From an uncultured Acidobacteriota bacterium (lineage in GTDB: Bacteria > Acidobacteriota > UBA6911), in the NCBI GenBank assembly GCA_963761825.1, contig CAVXIH010000010.1, positions 155,554 through 219,553 of the forward strand: a stretch of DNA of 64,000 nucleotides, read 5' to 3'. A program made the translations under genes and the position numbers. The notes below the pieces were generated by a model. It was not told the origin of the DNA and searched no databases. It saw only the letters and a list, made by a program, of their open reading frames with translations. Shown here piece after piece: positions 51,875 to 62,732 of the stretch. Position 1 is the stretch's first letter. Each line of letters starts with the position of its first letter.

Positions 51875-53646
51875 GGTCTGCGTATAGTTATTTCCTCGGC
51901 ATTCCAGATAAGATGCGGGACCAGTATCGATGGATGCACGTTATCCAGCTTGTTGCTCCATCCGGCCAGGATGTTGGGCGCGATGACAGGGATTGCCGGC
52001 ATTTGCCTGGCCCAGATTTCCTGCGCCTGATCAAAACTTGCTTTCCGCTCGGTATCTCCCGTGCTGCTGACAAGCTTTGAGATCAGCATGTCTATCGTCG
52101 CTTCCCACGCCCGCTCCGGCTTTTCCTGATTCGGTTGCCAGAAATGAATGTTCCCGCTGCTATACCAGAGGTTGGTCTGCAGATCCGGCGCAACATCCGT
52201 GGGCGTGAAACCGAACAGAATCGCTTCATACTCGAAGGTGCCAAGAAAACGGGAAGCGATTTCGTTGGGCAGGAGATGCTGTATTCCTGCCCGGATCCCC
52301 ACTTTTGCGAGGTTGTCCTGAATAACCTGGACCGCCTTTTCGCGTATATTGTTGCCGCGCGAAGTGACCAGGCTCAACTCCAGAGGGCGCCGTTTTTCGC
52401 CATACTCCAAAACTCCATCCTGATTTATATCTTTCAGCCCGCACTGTGCCAACAATTCCCGGGCGCGTGCGGGATTGAATTCGGTCTTTGAAATCCCGGT
52501 ATAATACCATTGAGAATTTCCGGAACTCACCGGTCCATATTGAGGCGATCCGAGACCGAGAAGGATGGACCGAGTCATCCCATTCCGGTCGAGGGCATAG
52601 GAAACGGCTCGGCGGAATTCCGATTTTTCAAAGAGTGCGAGCTTTTCCGGATCGACGTACGGTTTTCCCAGTCTGTTTACTCCGCGGTTGAGATTGAACC
52701 ATAGATAATCCATCGTCAATCCCGGACCCAGGTCGCGCAGGACATAATTCTGCTGCGTGCGGCGAAGCATGGCATAGTTTTCAGGGCTGAGAGACGGCGA
52801 ACTCATCAGGTCGAGTTCGCCTTGCCGGAACCGGAGCGCTTCGGAATTAAAATCCGGAATGATCAGCAGCGTGATAGTGTCCAGATAAGGGAGCGTGATT
52901 CCCGCGCGATCCTTTTTCCAGTAATAAGGATTCCGCTCCAGGACAATCTTAATGCCCCGCTGATATTCTTTTAGTCGAAATGGCCCGAGCCCCGCAACAT
53001 CCTGCGGATTCACTGTGGGTCCCCAGGCTGTTGAGAACCGGCCCTCCTGGTAGACCTTGAGCAGCCGCCTTTTCGGAAGAATAGGCACAGAATCGAGCAT
53101 CCTCAGTCCCATGCCAACGGTTCGCTTAAACGTCAACCGCACTGTGAAGTCATCGATCTTCGTGAGGGATGGGAATGCGCCGTCAGTTTCTATCTGCCCG
53201 GCCAGCGGACAAGCGATTTTGGGATCCGTCAGCGTCTGAAATGAAAACAGGACATCATCCGCAGTGAAGGGCGTGTTGTCTGAAAATCGCACGCCGCGTC
53301 GCAGATGGATTGTGAAACTCCGGCCGGCTTTGTCCGTTTCCCATCGTGTGGCTAGGGCCGGTTCAAGCTGCAAAGTGCTTCGGTTGATGTGCACAAGGTC
53401 CGCAGACAGCCTGTCTGTGATGAGCGTATTAGCCAGTCCCGAAGCCAGCATGCGATTGAAACTGGATGGATCCGAACTCACTGCCAGAACGATATTCCCC
53501 CCGCGCACGCCGGTCAGGTTTTGGGCTCGAAGAAAATCGGTGCGATCAGGCTCCTGTGCAAGAAACGGAGTACAGAGGGGAATCGCCAGAATCAGACAGA
53601 GCAGAAAATATCCGCGCGACAGCTTTGGCATGTTTGGCAGTTTCAT
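51871..53646 (-). CDS. ABC transporter substrate-binding protein, family 5 (peptide/nickel). Start taken at MKLPNMPKL.
   Basis: Signal peptide followed by an SBP_bac_5-like sequence. The first 69 aa of the ORF are probably not translated. Confidence 0.75.
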   Translation of the reverse strand: MKLPNMPKLSRGYFLLCLILAIPLCTPFLAQEPDRTDFLRAQNLTGVRGGNIVLAVSSDPSSFNRMLASGLANTLITDRLSADLVHINRSTLQLEPALATRWETDKAGRSFTIHLRRGVRFSDNTPFTADDVLFSFQTLTDPKIACPLAGQIETDGAFPSLTKIDDFTVRLTFKRTVGMGLRMLDSVPILPKRRLLKVYQEGRFSTAWGPTVNPQDVAGLGPFRLKEYQRGIKIVLERNPYYWKKDRAGITLPYLDTITLLIIPDFNSEALRFRQGELDLMSSPSLSPENYAMLRRTQQNYVLRDLGPGLTMDYLWFNLNRGVNRLGKPYVDPEKLALFEKSEFRRAVSYALDRNGMTRSILLGLGSPQYGPVSSGNSQWYYTGISKTEFNPARARELLAQCGLKDINQDGVLEYGEKRRPLELSLVTSRGNNIREKAVQVIQDNLAKVGIRAGIQHLLPNEIASRFLGTFEYEAILFGFTPTDVAPDLQTNLWYSSGNIHFWQPNQEKPERAWEATIDMLISKLVSSTGDTERKASFDQAQEIWARQMPAIPVIAPNILAGWSNKLDNVHPSILVPHLIWNAEEITIRRP

Positions 53647-53916
53647 TGAATTTGACCGGACTGTCAAGAAATTCACAGCTAAAGAAGTTGTGTATTGAGC
53701 AGGCCTTTCCCTATAATGAGCAAATATCGGAGATCCCTCTCTCTTCGAATATCCCCTCAGAGCGGGGGCATGGGACTGAGTGTCGCCAGTCGGGACGCAT
53801 CCACAGCAGTAGCCTTCTGAAGAATGCGGCCTTGGCAGCGGCATTGAGCTCATAGTGCCCGTATAGACTTGGCTGTGTTTTGATGGGGATCTATCTGTTT
53901 ATTCAGGGGAGTCGCT

Positions 53917-56900
53917 ATGAGCAAAGAACAAAGACAACTCAGCGCAGGCCTGGTTGTGGGTAACCGTTATAGGGTGGAACGGCATTTAAGCGCCAGCAGT
54001 ATGGGATCCGCATACTTCTGCACGGATCTCCTGGGAGGAGAGACCGAGGTCGTATTAAGGATTTTGAGTCTCGGTGCATCTATTTCAGAACAGGCTAAAG
54101 AGTGCAGTCGCGAGTTCTCGATCCTGCGCCGTCTAAACCATCCGAACCTGGTACGTATTGCGGATTTTGGCGTAGTGGAGAATTCGGGTGATTTGTTCCT
54201 GGTACGGGATTGGATTCATGGCCGAAACCTTTTCGCAGCGACCGAGGGGATGGATGCCGATGCCATACTGAATATAGCCATGGATCTATCGAGAGCGCTT
54301 CAATACCTGCATGCGCGGGGCATAGTTCATGGGCATTTGAGTCCTTTCAACGCCATCCTTTCAAACGAAGGGGAAGGAATCGGAAAGCTCAGATTAGTGG
54401 ATTTTGGTTTGGGCCGCAGGATTGGGAATGGGCAACTGGACCGCAGCATCGGAACGTTGGCCTATACGGCTCCGGAGATTCTGTTGGGAGGACATGTAAA
54501 CGGGCGCTCGGACTTATACTCCCTTGGAATCTTGCTGTATCAGCTGTTGACACGGCGGCTTCCGTTTGAGGATGCGGATCCCGAATTCTTAATACAGAAG
54601 CATTTGCAGAGCAGCGTGGATCTGCGCCCGATAGAGCGGATGCGAGGCGGGAACCGTGTGTCCCCGCTGGTACAGAGCCTGCTCGATAAGGACCCGGATA
54701 AAAGACCCGCATCCGGGGAAGACGTGATCCGGCTGATTATCGACGCTTCGGGGAGAAACTGGTTGAATGCCGACATCAAAGAATTGGAGAGCCATTTCTG
54801 CGCCTCCCAATTTGTCGGCCGCGAAAAAGAGCTGTTGCATCTGCAGGAATCAGCGAGGCGAGTGAGGGAAAACGGGCGTGGCTGGACTGTCTTTATAACC
54901 GGCGAAGCGGGATCGGGAAAAACCAGATGCATGGAAGAGCTGAAAAGCTGGGCACTCCTGGAGGGTTGGCAAATTGCGGAGGGCACGTGCGGGTCCCGCG
55001 AGGCCGGATCGTATGCGCCGTATCGCCAGATCCTGGCCAATAGCGATCCCGCGGAGGGAGAGGCGCTGTTCCACTTTCAAGATGCTCCTCGCGCGGCGGC
55101 GCCGGAAATATTTGATGCTTCTTCCGAGTACGCAACCGGCCAGTACCGCGATCTGCTAACCAGAGAACTGATACGGCGCATGAAGGCACGCCCGACACTG
55201 CTTTTGTTGCATGATTTCCATCTTGCAGATGAGGCCACCAGCACGGTCCTCGACTATTTGAGCTCCGATATTCAGGCGTCACTCCGTGTTGATGTGCGTC
55301 AGTCTTCGTTCCGGAGATGAGATTAAGGGAATCATGGGAAGAGTCATCGATTCGGCGACCCGGCAGGAGCGAGGGGAAGTGCTTCCGCTGGATCCCCTCG
55401 AAAAGGAAAGCGTGGAACAGCTGATTGAGGGAATGACGGGTGACAGCAGCCTGAAAGCGACGCTCGGAGAATGGATCTTTAAGAGTATCGGCGGGAATCC
55501 ATTTTTCCTCGAAGAGATGCTGAAGCACCTGGTCGAACAGAAACTCCTGTGCCGCGAATTCGGTAGATGGAGATTTGCCGAATCGGATCTGAAGAAGCTG
55601 GAAGTGCCTGAAAGCGTTGGTGCGGTCCTGCTGAGGCGTTTTGAACAATTGTCTCCTCCGGCCAGAGCGTTGGCTAACTGGCTGGCTTTGTTTCAAGGCG
55701 ATGTTTCCGAGATCGCTCCTGAACTCGGTGATGGCACAAAGTCCTGCTCTTACAACCGATGCCTTGCAGGAGCTGAGCCATCGCCAGATGACACGTACAG
55801 AAACGAAAAGAACCGAGGAGACAGTAGGATTCGTCCATTCCCTTATTGCAGAGGTGATCCAGAGCAACCTGCCCAAAAAGCTGCGCCAGAAAATGCACCG
55901 CAAAATAGCCGAAGTGCTTGAGCGGGAAATGGGAGCGGAAGGCAATGTGCAGGAACTGGCCATGCATTATATGGAGGGGAATGCGGGGGACGTTGCCGTT
56001 CGATATGCCTGGAACGCTGCGGTCCAGGCGCGCGCGGAATTCGCGCACGAGAGAGCATTGCATTGCTACGAGTATGTCTTTAAAAACAGAAACGGCTTGA
56101 CCAACGGGCAGATCTGCGCGGCGGCAATCGAGGCCAGCGATACGATGTTCGCCCTGGGACTGCCGAAACGGTCCATCCGTCTTTTGAAGATAGAAATATC
56201 CAGAGGCAAAACCGTGAGCGCCGAGCTTAAAGCGCGCATGTATATGCAGCTGGCATTGTCGTATCAGCACCTTGGCGATCTGCATAGGCAGGAAACGTGC
56301 TGCAAGAAAGGACTGAGCTTCTTTCGAAACCGGCCGGCCGGGGAAATCAATATGACCAAAGCGATGCTTTGGGCTGAAATGGCTTTTGCCGCCATCCTGC
56401 AGTCGCATTCCCGTCGAGGCTTACTCTTTTTGGACAAAGCGCGCAAATCCTGCCCTGCTGAAAATGCGGCTGCATTGGAAGGGCGCATAGAGAGTCTTGC
56501 CGCCTCCATGCACCGCATCGCCTGCAATTTGCGCAAAGCTCGGTCCGCAAGCGAAAAGGCAGCATCAATCCTTTCCCATTCTGAGGAATCCTATTTAGCC
56601 TGCTCTGCGTATTCTACCTTGGGAGGCGTTTTGGCAGGGATTGGTAGATTTCCCCTTGCGCTGAAAAAACATGCGCAGGCAGTTTCCTTGAGTGATAAAA
56701 GCCGTTCGGTAGTGCTCAGGTCTCAGACCTTGGGAAATCTCGCCGAATGCCTGTGCCGGATGGGACGTACGCAGGAGGCGGTGAATACTGCCGAACGTGC
56801 GGTCAAATCCGTATGCGACGCCAACAGCCCCGCAATCAGTTACGCATTCAACGCTATTCTGGCTGAAACCAGACTCGCTGCCGGCAACTATCGCGGTGCC

Positions 56901-59366
56901 TGCGAGGTTGTCGAAAAACTGGATCGCAACGCCAAACACAACCAGGCGATTTATACCGTGGGACATGTGCTCTATGTGGCAGCCAGCCTGAATTTTGTGT
57001 TGGGCAAATTCGATGCGGCGCTGGAGCATATCGGCAAACTATGCGCCATGGAAAACCGTGAAACCCCTTTCTACGAACGCGAGTTGGCAGAAGCTCTAAG
57101 AGCGCGAATCCTTTTCGAGCACGGGAATACTTCGAAAGCTCTGGCCAGTTTGTATGCGCTGGATAGGGAGGTGACGGAGAAACACTGGCCCTATCAGATG
57201 TGTGTCATAAAGCTGTACATAGGCGACATGCTGGTAAGGCAGCGGAAGCTGGATAAGGCGGAGCGATATGTCAGAAATGCACTCAGATTGGCGAAAGCCA
57301 TGCAGGCCGTTTCCCTGATAGCGTATAGCCATTTTCTGCTGGGACTGATCTATGCGCAACTGCATCGTTCGGGAGGTGGGATGGGCTGCAGCGATGGGAA
57401 AGGAGATCTTGGGCCTGCCGAGCCCTTCCGGGCTAGAGCGATTGAAGAGCTTCGAGAGGCCTGCCGGATAGCAGAATCTTCGTATCATGCCGAAACTGTA
57501 TGGAGAGCGCATGCTGAATTAAGCCGGATCCTGAGGTCCATGCCGGCTGCAGGCAATTACCTGGAGCATGCGAAAAAAGCCTACGAGCTTTTGTGTAAAG
57601 CTGAAGATCAAGTGCCCTCGGAAATGCTGCCGGCTTATTGCAGCGCCTTCGACCGGAGCCGGATAAAGGAAGAATTAGCCCGCCTGATCGAATCGGGCAG
57701 AGATCAGGAAAGCGGTGCCGGAGTTGCTGTCGCCGAAGTACGCGATGAAGAAAAAGCCCGGATATTGCTGCGCGTGAGCGCGACGGTGAGCACTATCGGG
57801 GAACCGGGGCCTTTACTGGAAGCGATTCTCGATCAACTGGTCCAAGCGGTGAAAGTTGAACGGGCCTTTATATTTTTAAGGGATGAACTGACTGGAAGCC
57901 TGCAGTTGGCCAAAGGAAGAAACGACAGGCAGGAGTCCCTGACGGGAGAGAACAATTTGGACCGGAGCATTCTGGTAGATGTATTGAAAAACGGGAAGCC
58001 GATCGTAAGTGCCAACGCACACGAGGATCCGCGCTTCAGAGACAAAGATCGCGCGGCCTCCCATAAGACTGGAAAGCTCCTGTGCGCCCCGCTGAAGCTG
58101 TCGGACCGGATTCTTGGAGTGCTTTATGCGGACCACTCCTCTCCGGCGGGAGGCTTAAGCGACTCGACCGTCAGCCTCTTCGCTGCCTTCTGCAACATTG
58201 CGGCAATGGCGATTGACAGCGCTCTGGCGCATCAGCGACTGGTGCAAGAAAAAACCGAGCTGGAAAAATACCTGCACCAGGCGAGGGGGGAGGAGTATGC
58301 GGAGATCGTCGGGCGCTGCGCATCCGTTGAGTTGCTGCGAGACCGGATAGGCCTTGCCGCCGCTTCTCCCGCGGATATCCTGATCACCGGGGAGAGCGGA
58401 ACGGGCAAAGAACTGGTTGCCCGGGCCATTCATCGAACCGGACGGCGGAAGAATGGAAAATTTGTAGCCGTCGATTGCGGTTCTCTTTCCGATACTCTTG
58501 CCGAAGCCGAGCTCTTCGGTTTCCGTAAAGGGGCGTTTACGGGCGCCGCGGAAAACCGGCAAGGGCTGTTGGAGGCAGCCCACGGAGGAATCCTTTTCCT
58601 GGATGAATTGTCCAATCTTCCTTTTCACATACAGGCCAAATTTCTGCGGGTTCTCCAGGAGCGTGAGGTGCGGCGATTGGGTGAAACCATCCCTCGGAAG
58701 ATCGATATTCAAGTCATCGCCGCGACCAACAAGGATCTTCTGGAGGAGATGAGAAATGAAAAGTTTCGGATGGATCTCTATTACAGGCTGAAGGAAATTG
58801 AAATCCGGGTGCCTCCGCTGCGGGAGCGTTCGGGGGACATCCCCCTTCTGATCGAATGGTTTTTAAGTCAATTGGCAGACCGGGAAGGGGGGCGGTCCAA
58901 GCGATTTTTGTCCGAAGCGCTGGAATTGCTCAAAGGATATTCCTACCCGGGAAACATCAGGGAGTTGAGAAATATCGTTGTCAGTTCCTACTATTCGACG
59001 GCCAAAACAAGTCTCGGGATTGACGATCTGCCGCCCGAAGTCCGCCGCGGGAAGGCCGTGCCGGTCGGCCCGGAATTGATTGCCGCAGCTGGTATATACC
59101 GTGAAATTCTTGAAGGAAGAGGCAATTTTGAGAGCCTGGTGCAGGAGCCTTTTTTGCAGCACCAATTTGGTTCATCGTTTGTCCGGGCCATAATCCAAAG
59201 GGCCCTGGAAGACTCCGGCGGCATATACTTGCAGGCGTTTTTGTTGCTGCGCATTCCCGAAAGCCGCTACTCCGTGACCATGCAATTCCTGAAGCGCAAC
59301 AACTGCTACCTCGACTTCCGTCCCTTCAGGCGCAATCGCGGGAAGAACGAGGATCCCAGTCCATAG
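53917..59366 (+). pseudogene. Giant multidomain regulator: Ser/Thr (pseudo)kinase - STAND/AAA NTPase - TPR - GAF - sigma-54 activator AAA+ - Fis-type HTH. Split by frameshifts near 55290-55300 and 55725-55735.
   Basis: Kinase-like domain with HGHLSP and VDFG. P-loop TGEAGSGKT. Sigma54 motifs GESGTGKE and GAFTGA. C-terminal HTH. Pieces are ORFs 53917..55320, 55286..55921 and 55641..59366. Confidence 0.65.
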
Positions 59367-59407
59367 TTCGGATTGTTTCAGGGTATAGCAATCCCTGTGT
59401 CGCGGGA

Positions 59408-61276
59408 TCAGGATCGGGGCGGGAATCCAATTACATTGCTGTCCAGGGATGCGGTTTCTTCGGCACGCGCTTCGACGCTTTTCTGGGCCGAACGGAGAAG
59501 AGCAAAGATATTGATGCCATCCCGGGGGTAGGAGGCCATGCCAATCTGGCAATCGATAGTATAATTTTGGCCTCCGATGGTTGAGGCGTGGCTTTGAATC
59601 TGCTGCCTGAGGCGCTGAGCGCAATGAAGCGCCTGTTCGTCGCGTATGCCGGGCAAAAACGCAACGAAACTCTGGTGCCCGAATCGAACCACGATATCGG
59701 TCTCTCGCAGCTCCAGTTTGATATCATCCGCTATCTTTTTTATGGCCGCATGCCCAATTTCTGTTCCATAGAGACGGGTAATTTGGCTCAAGTTGCTGAT
59801 TTCAAAGAAGATCAGAGAAGCCGGAGACCTGTTTATTTCGGCGAGAGAGATCAACTGCGGGCTGATTGCCGTCAGATAGGACATGCGGTGCATCCGCGTG
59901 GTCGGGTCCAGGATTTTTTCGGCTGCCGGGGCTTCCTGTTTTTTTGAATCGGAAATGATCGGCGCAAGAAATCCGGCCAATGCCTGGAGGATTTCCAGTT
60001 CGTTTCGGGTGTATGTGGAGGGTGCCTGCGTATAGAGGGAAATGGTCCCCAAGGATTCATTGTCGTGGGTGATGGGGACGACCAGCGTATCTTTGAATAT
60101 GGAAAAATCGCCTTCGATATCCTGAAAATCGAGGGCCGGCCCGGTATTGATCATCGGCCGCCCGTGAGCGTATACCCAGCCGCTGATCCCTTTTCCGACG
60201 CTCATGATGTGGTCCTGAATTTTCTCGGCGAAAATGCCGCCTGCATGTACGGCGCGCAGACTGTCATTGCCTTCAAGCAAATAGAAAGCGCAGGTATCGA
60301 ATGGCACGATTTTCTTCATCCGGGAGGCGAATATAGGGAGTAGATCTTTCAGATCAAGATGTCCTGCAATGGTGCTGCAGAATTCGGCAAGCAGGATAAG
60401 CTCTGCCGGCATATCCATGGTATTCGAGGGAACTGAAGCCGAAACATCGGCAGCCGACAGGGCCTGGTTGACCGTTTCGAAATATTTCCGGAAAGACGGT
60501 TCCGGGGAGTTTTCCGCTTCTTTGACGGCAGCTTGCTCTATTTCTTCAATGTGATCGGCGAACAGTTTTACCACTTCCGGATCGTAAAAGATTCCGGATT
60601 GGGCCAGCAAAAGCTCGCGCGCTTCTTCTGTCTGGATAGCGAGTTTGTAGGGCCGGGAGAAACGAATGGCATCGAAAGCATCGGCAACCGCGAGGATTCT
60701 GGATGCCAGGGGTATTTCCTCGCCTTTCAGGCCGTCAGGGTAGCCATTCCCATCCCATCGTTCGTGGTGGTGGCGGACATATTTTGCGGCTGGATAAGGG
60801 AAGTGGACATGCTGCAGGATCTCGTCTCCCGCAGCGGCATGCACTTTAATTTTTTCAAATTCCTCCTTTGAAAGCCGCCCGGGTTTATTGAGGATGTAGT
60901 CGTCTATCGCCAGTTTGCCGATATCATGGAGCAGAGCGGCTGTCTTTATCGCTTTTAACTCATTCGGATCTTTGATGTTGCAAAGCTCTGCCATCCGAGT
61001 TGCATAAATCTTCACTCTGCGGATATGGCCATACGTTGTCTGGTCTTTGGCATCAACCGCCAAGGCAAGGGATTCCACGGTTCGCATATACAGCTGCTCC
61101 TGTTCTTCCAAATGCTTTTCGGCTTCCGTTACTCGGGTTTTAATAACTTGATTCCATCCCCATAGCCAACTCCAATTAGTGGTGCAACTACGAGAGGGAT
61201 GCACCATGTGATCTGAAGAATTCATGAAGTCGACTAATGATAATAGCAGAAACTGAGGCTGAAATGGAATAATCAA
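59408..61276 (-). CDS. HD-GYP phosphodiesterase - GAF - degenerate GGDEF protein. The start is uncertain.
   Basis: HHERWDGNGYP HD-GYP motif. The GGDEF-like C-terminus reads RFGHQSF instead of GG(D/E)EF. Confidence 0.7.
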   Translation of the reverse strand: MIIPFQPQFLLLSLVDFMNSSDHMVHPSRSCTTNWSWLWGWNQVIKTRVTEAEKHLEEQEQLYMRTVESLALAVDAKDQTTYGHIRRVKIYATRMAELCNIKDPNELKAIKTAALLHDIGKLAIDDYILNKPGRLSKEEFEKIKVHAAAGDEILQHVHFPYPAAKYVRHHHERWDGNGYPDGLKGEEIPLASRILAVADAFDAIRFSRPYKLAIQTEEARELLLAQSGIFYDPEVVKLFADHIEEIEQAAVKEAENSPEPSFRKYFETVNQALSAADVSASVPSNTMDMPAELILLAEFCSTIAGHLDLKDLLPIFASRMKKIVPFDTCAFYLLEGNDSLRAVHAGGIFAEKIQDHIMSVGKGISGWVYAHGRPMINTGPALDFQDIEGDFSIFKDTLVVPITHDNESLGTISLYTQAPSTYTRNELEILQALAGFLAPIISDSKKQEAPAAEKILDPTTRMHRMSYLTAISPQLISLAEINRSPASLIFFEISNLSQITRLYGTEIGHAAIKKIADDIKLELRETDIVVRFGHQSFVAFLPGIRDEQALHCAQRLRQQIQSHASTIGGQNYTIDCQIGMASYPRDGINIFALLRSAQKSVEARAEETASLDSNVIGFPPRS

Positions 61277-61279
61277 TTA

Positions 61280-62700
61280 GCCAAGGGGAAGACATGATCT
61301 TCACCCAAAACTTAAGAATACTTTCTCCATGTTGACCAAGCAATTGCAATTGAGGTCAGCAATGGAGTTTGGAAAGAAAGTAAGTGACAACTACAGCCAC
61401 CGCAGGGAGCAAAATATCCTGCAATTCATTGCTTCCATGATTCATCAAGCTGATAGATCGAGCTGTATAAGAAAGCGCAGCATGTTGTGCTTGCCGTGTT
61501 AAAAACAACTCTATATATGTGAATTTTGGGACGTTGCGCAAAGATCGGAGATTGAGACTAAATATAAAGAAATGTTGCCATGATGCATGGAGCGATGCCA
61601 TACATCATGGCAATTGCCATGATATATGCATCTCCAATTGTGATCGTAGCGTTGAAAGATGGTAAAAAGAGGAAGAATGGTAGAGTTGTAATAGAGCGAG
61701 GAGTGCTAAGCAGGAGCCAGCCATTGTCAAAGGATGAGTAGCTAATTCCCATCCAGCCCATAAAACAATGGGAAATGCAAGGCATGCCACCGTTACTACA
61801 TACACTTTAAGCTTAAATGGCAAATCGCCCCAATTCATAACACGCTACCACATCTTAGATCCATGTTATGTATCGGCAGCATGCCTTTGAAATTGTTAGC
61901 ACAGAATTGCATACTATCCAACCGAGCTGGATTATACGCTCATTGAGTAGGGTAATCAAACACTATGCCCCAATACTTTTAATCTGTGTTTATTAGCAGG
62001 ATGCAAATCAATTATCTGCCGGAAATCCTCGATCTATGTCCAGATGATGGCTGGATTTTCACGGGGTTCAAGGATTTCGATTTCAGTCTGCATGTCAATC
62101 TCCAATTTAAGCTGTTCTGTTAATCATGGATGAACTCTTGCGAGTCCAGTTCATAACCAAAGAATCGCGCTTGCCATAAGGTGTTCCTCCTATTCAAATG
62201 GCCTGCAACGACGCAGTGCTTTTGGCAAAGCAATGCATTCGCATACGATGCAAATGCAACCAGAACCATTGCCAGCACACCATCGAGCCATAACTAGAAA
62301 GCAATGGCCCGACAACATGCCGGAACGGCAAATTGCTTAATGCAGCCTCAGCGTTGTGCTCTGCTCAGATTGGAGTCTGTGTCTGAATCTTTTTGCCGCT
62401 AGGGCTCAAAACTCAAACACTCATCAAGGTGAGTGAGCTATTCGAGAATGCTGATGCTACTGCCTGGGGTTCACACCTGAACCATGCAAAAACCGAAGAT
62501 CCAAATGAATCCCCGACGTGCTCCTCCCAAGCTACTTCTTGATATATCGAACCCTAGCAAACCCCTCAAGTTCTTGTCAACAAAAATCTTACTTCCTCTA
62601 AATTTGGGCGAATCTCTATTTTCCGCAGGATTAAGCCGCGCCGGCAGAAAATTGTGTGCGTATTTGGAGGTGTAACTTAAGATGATTTGGCTTTCGGATT
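61280..62700. other. AT-rich ORF-poor island of about 1.4 kb, with three alternating near-palindromic 15-17-mers (tgccatgatgcatgg / tgccatacatcatggca / tgccatgatatatgca) at 61575-61630
   Basis: Lower GC than the flanks. No ORF over 80 aa apart from three frame-hopping hydrophobic minus-strand fragments. Confidence 0.5.
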
Positions 62701-62732
62701 GCGCTGTCTCTTATACTGAGTGGAAGTCCAAT

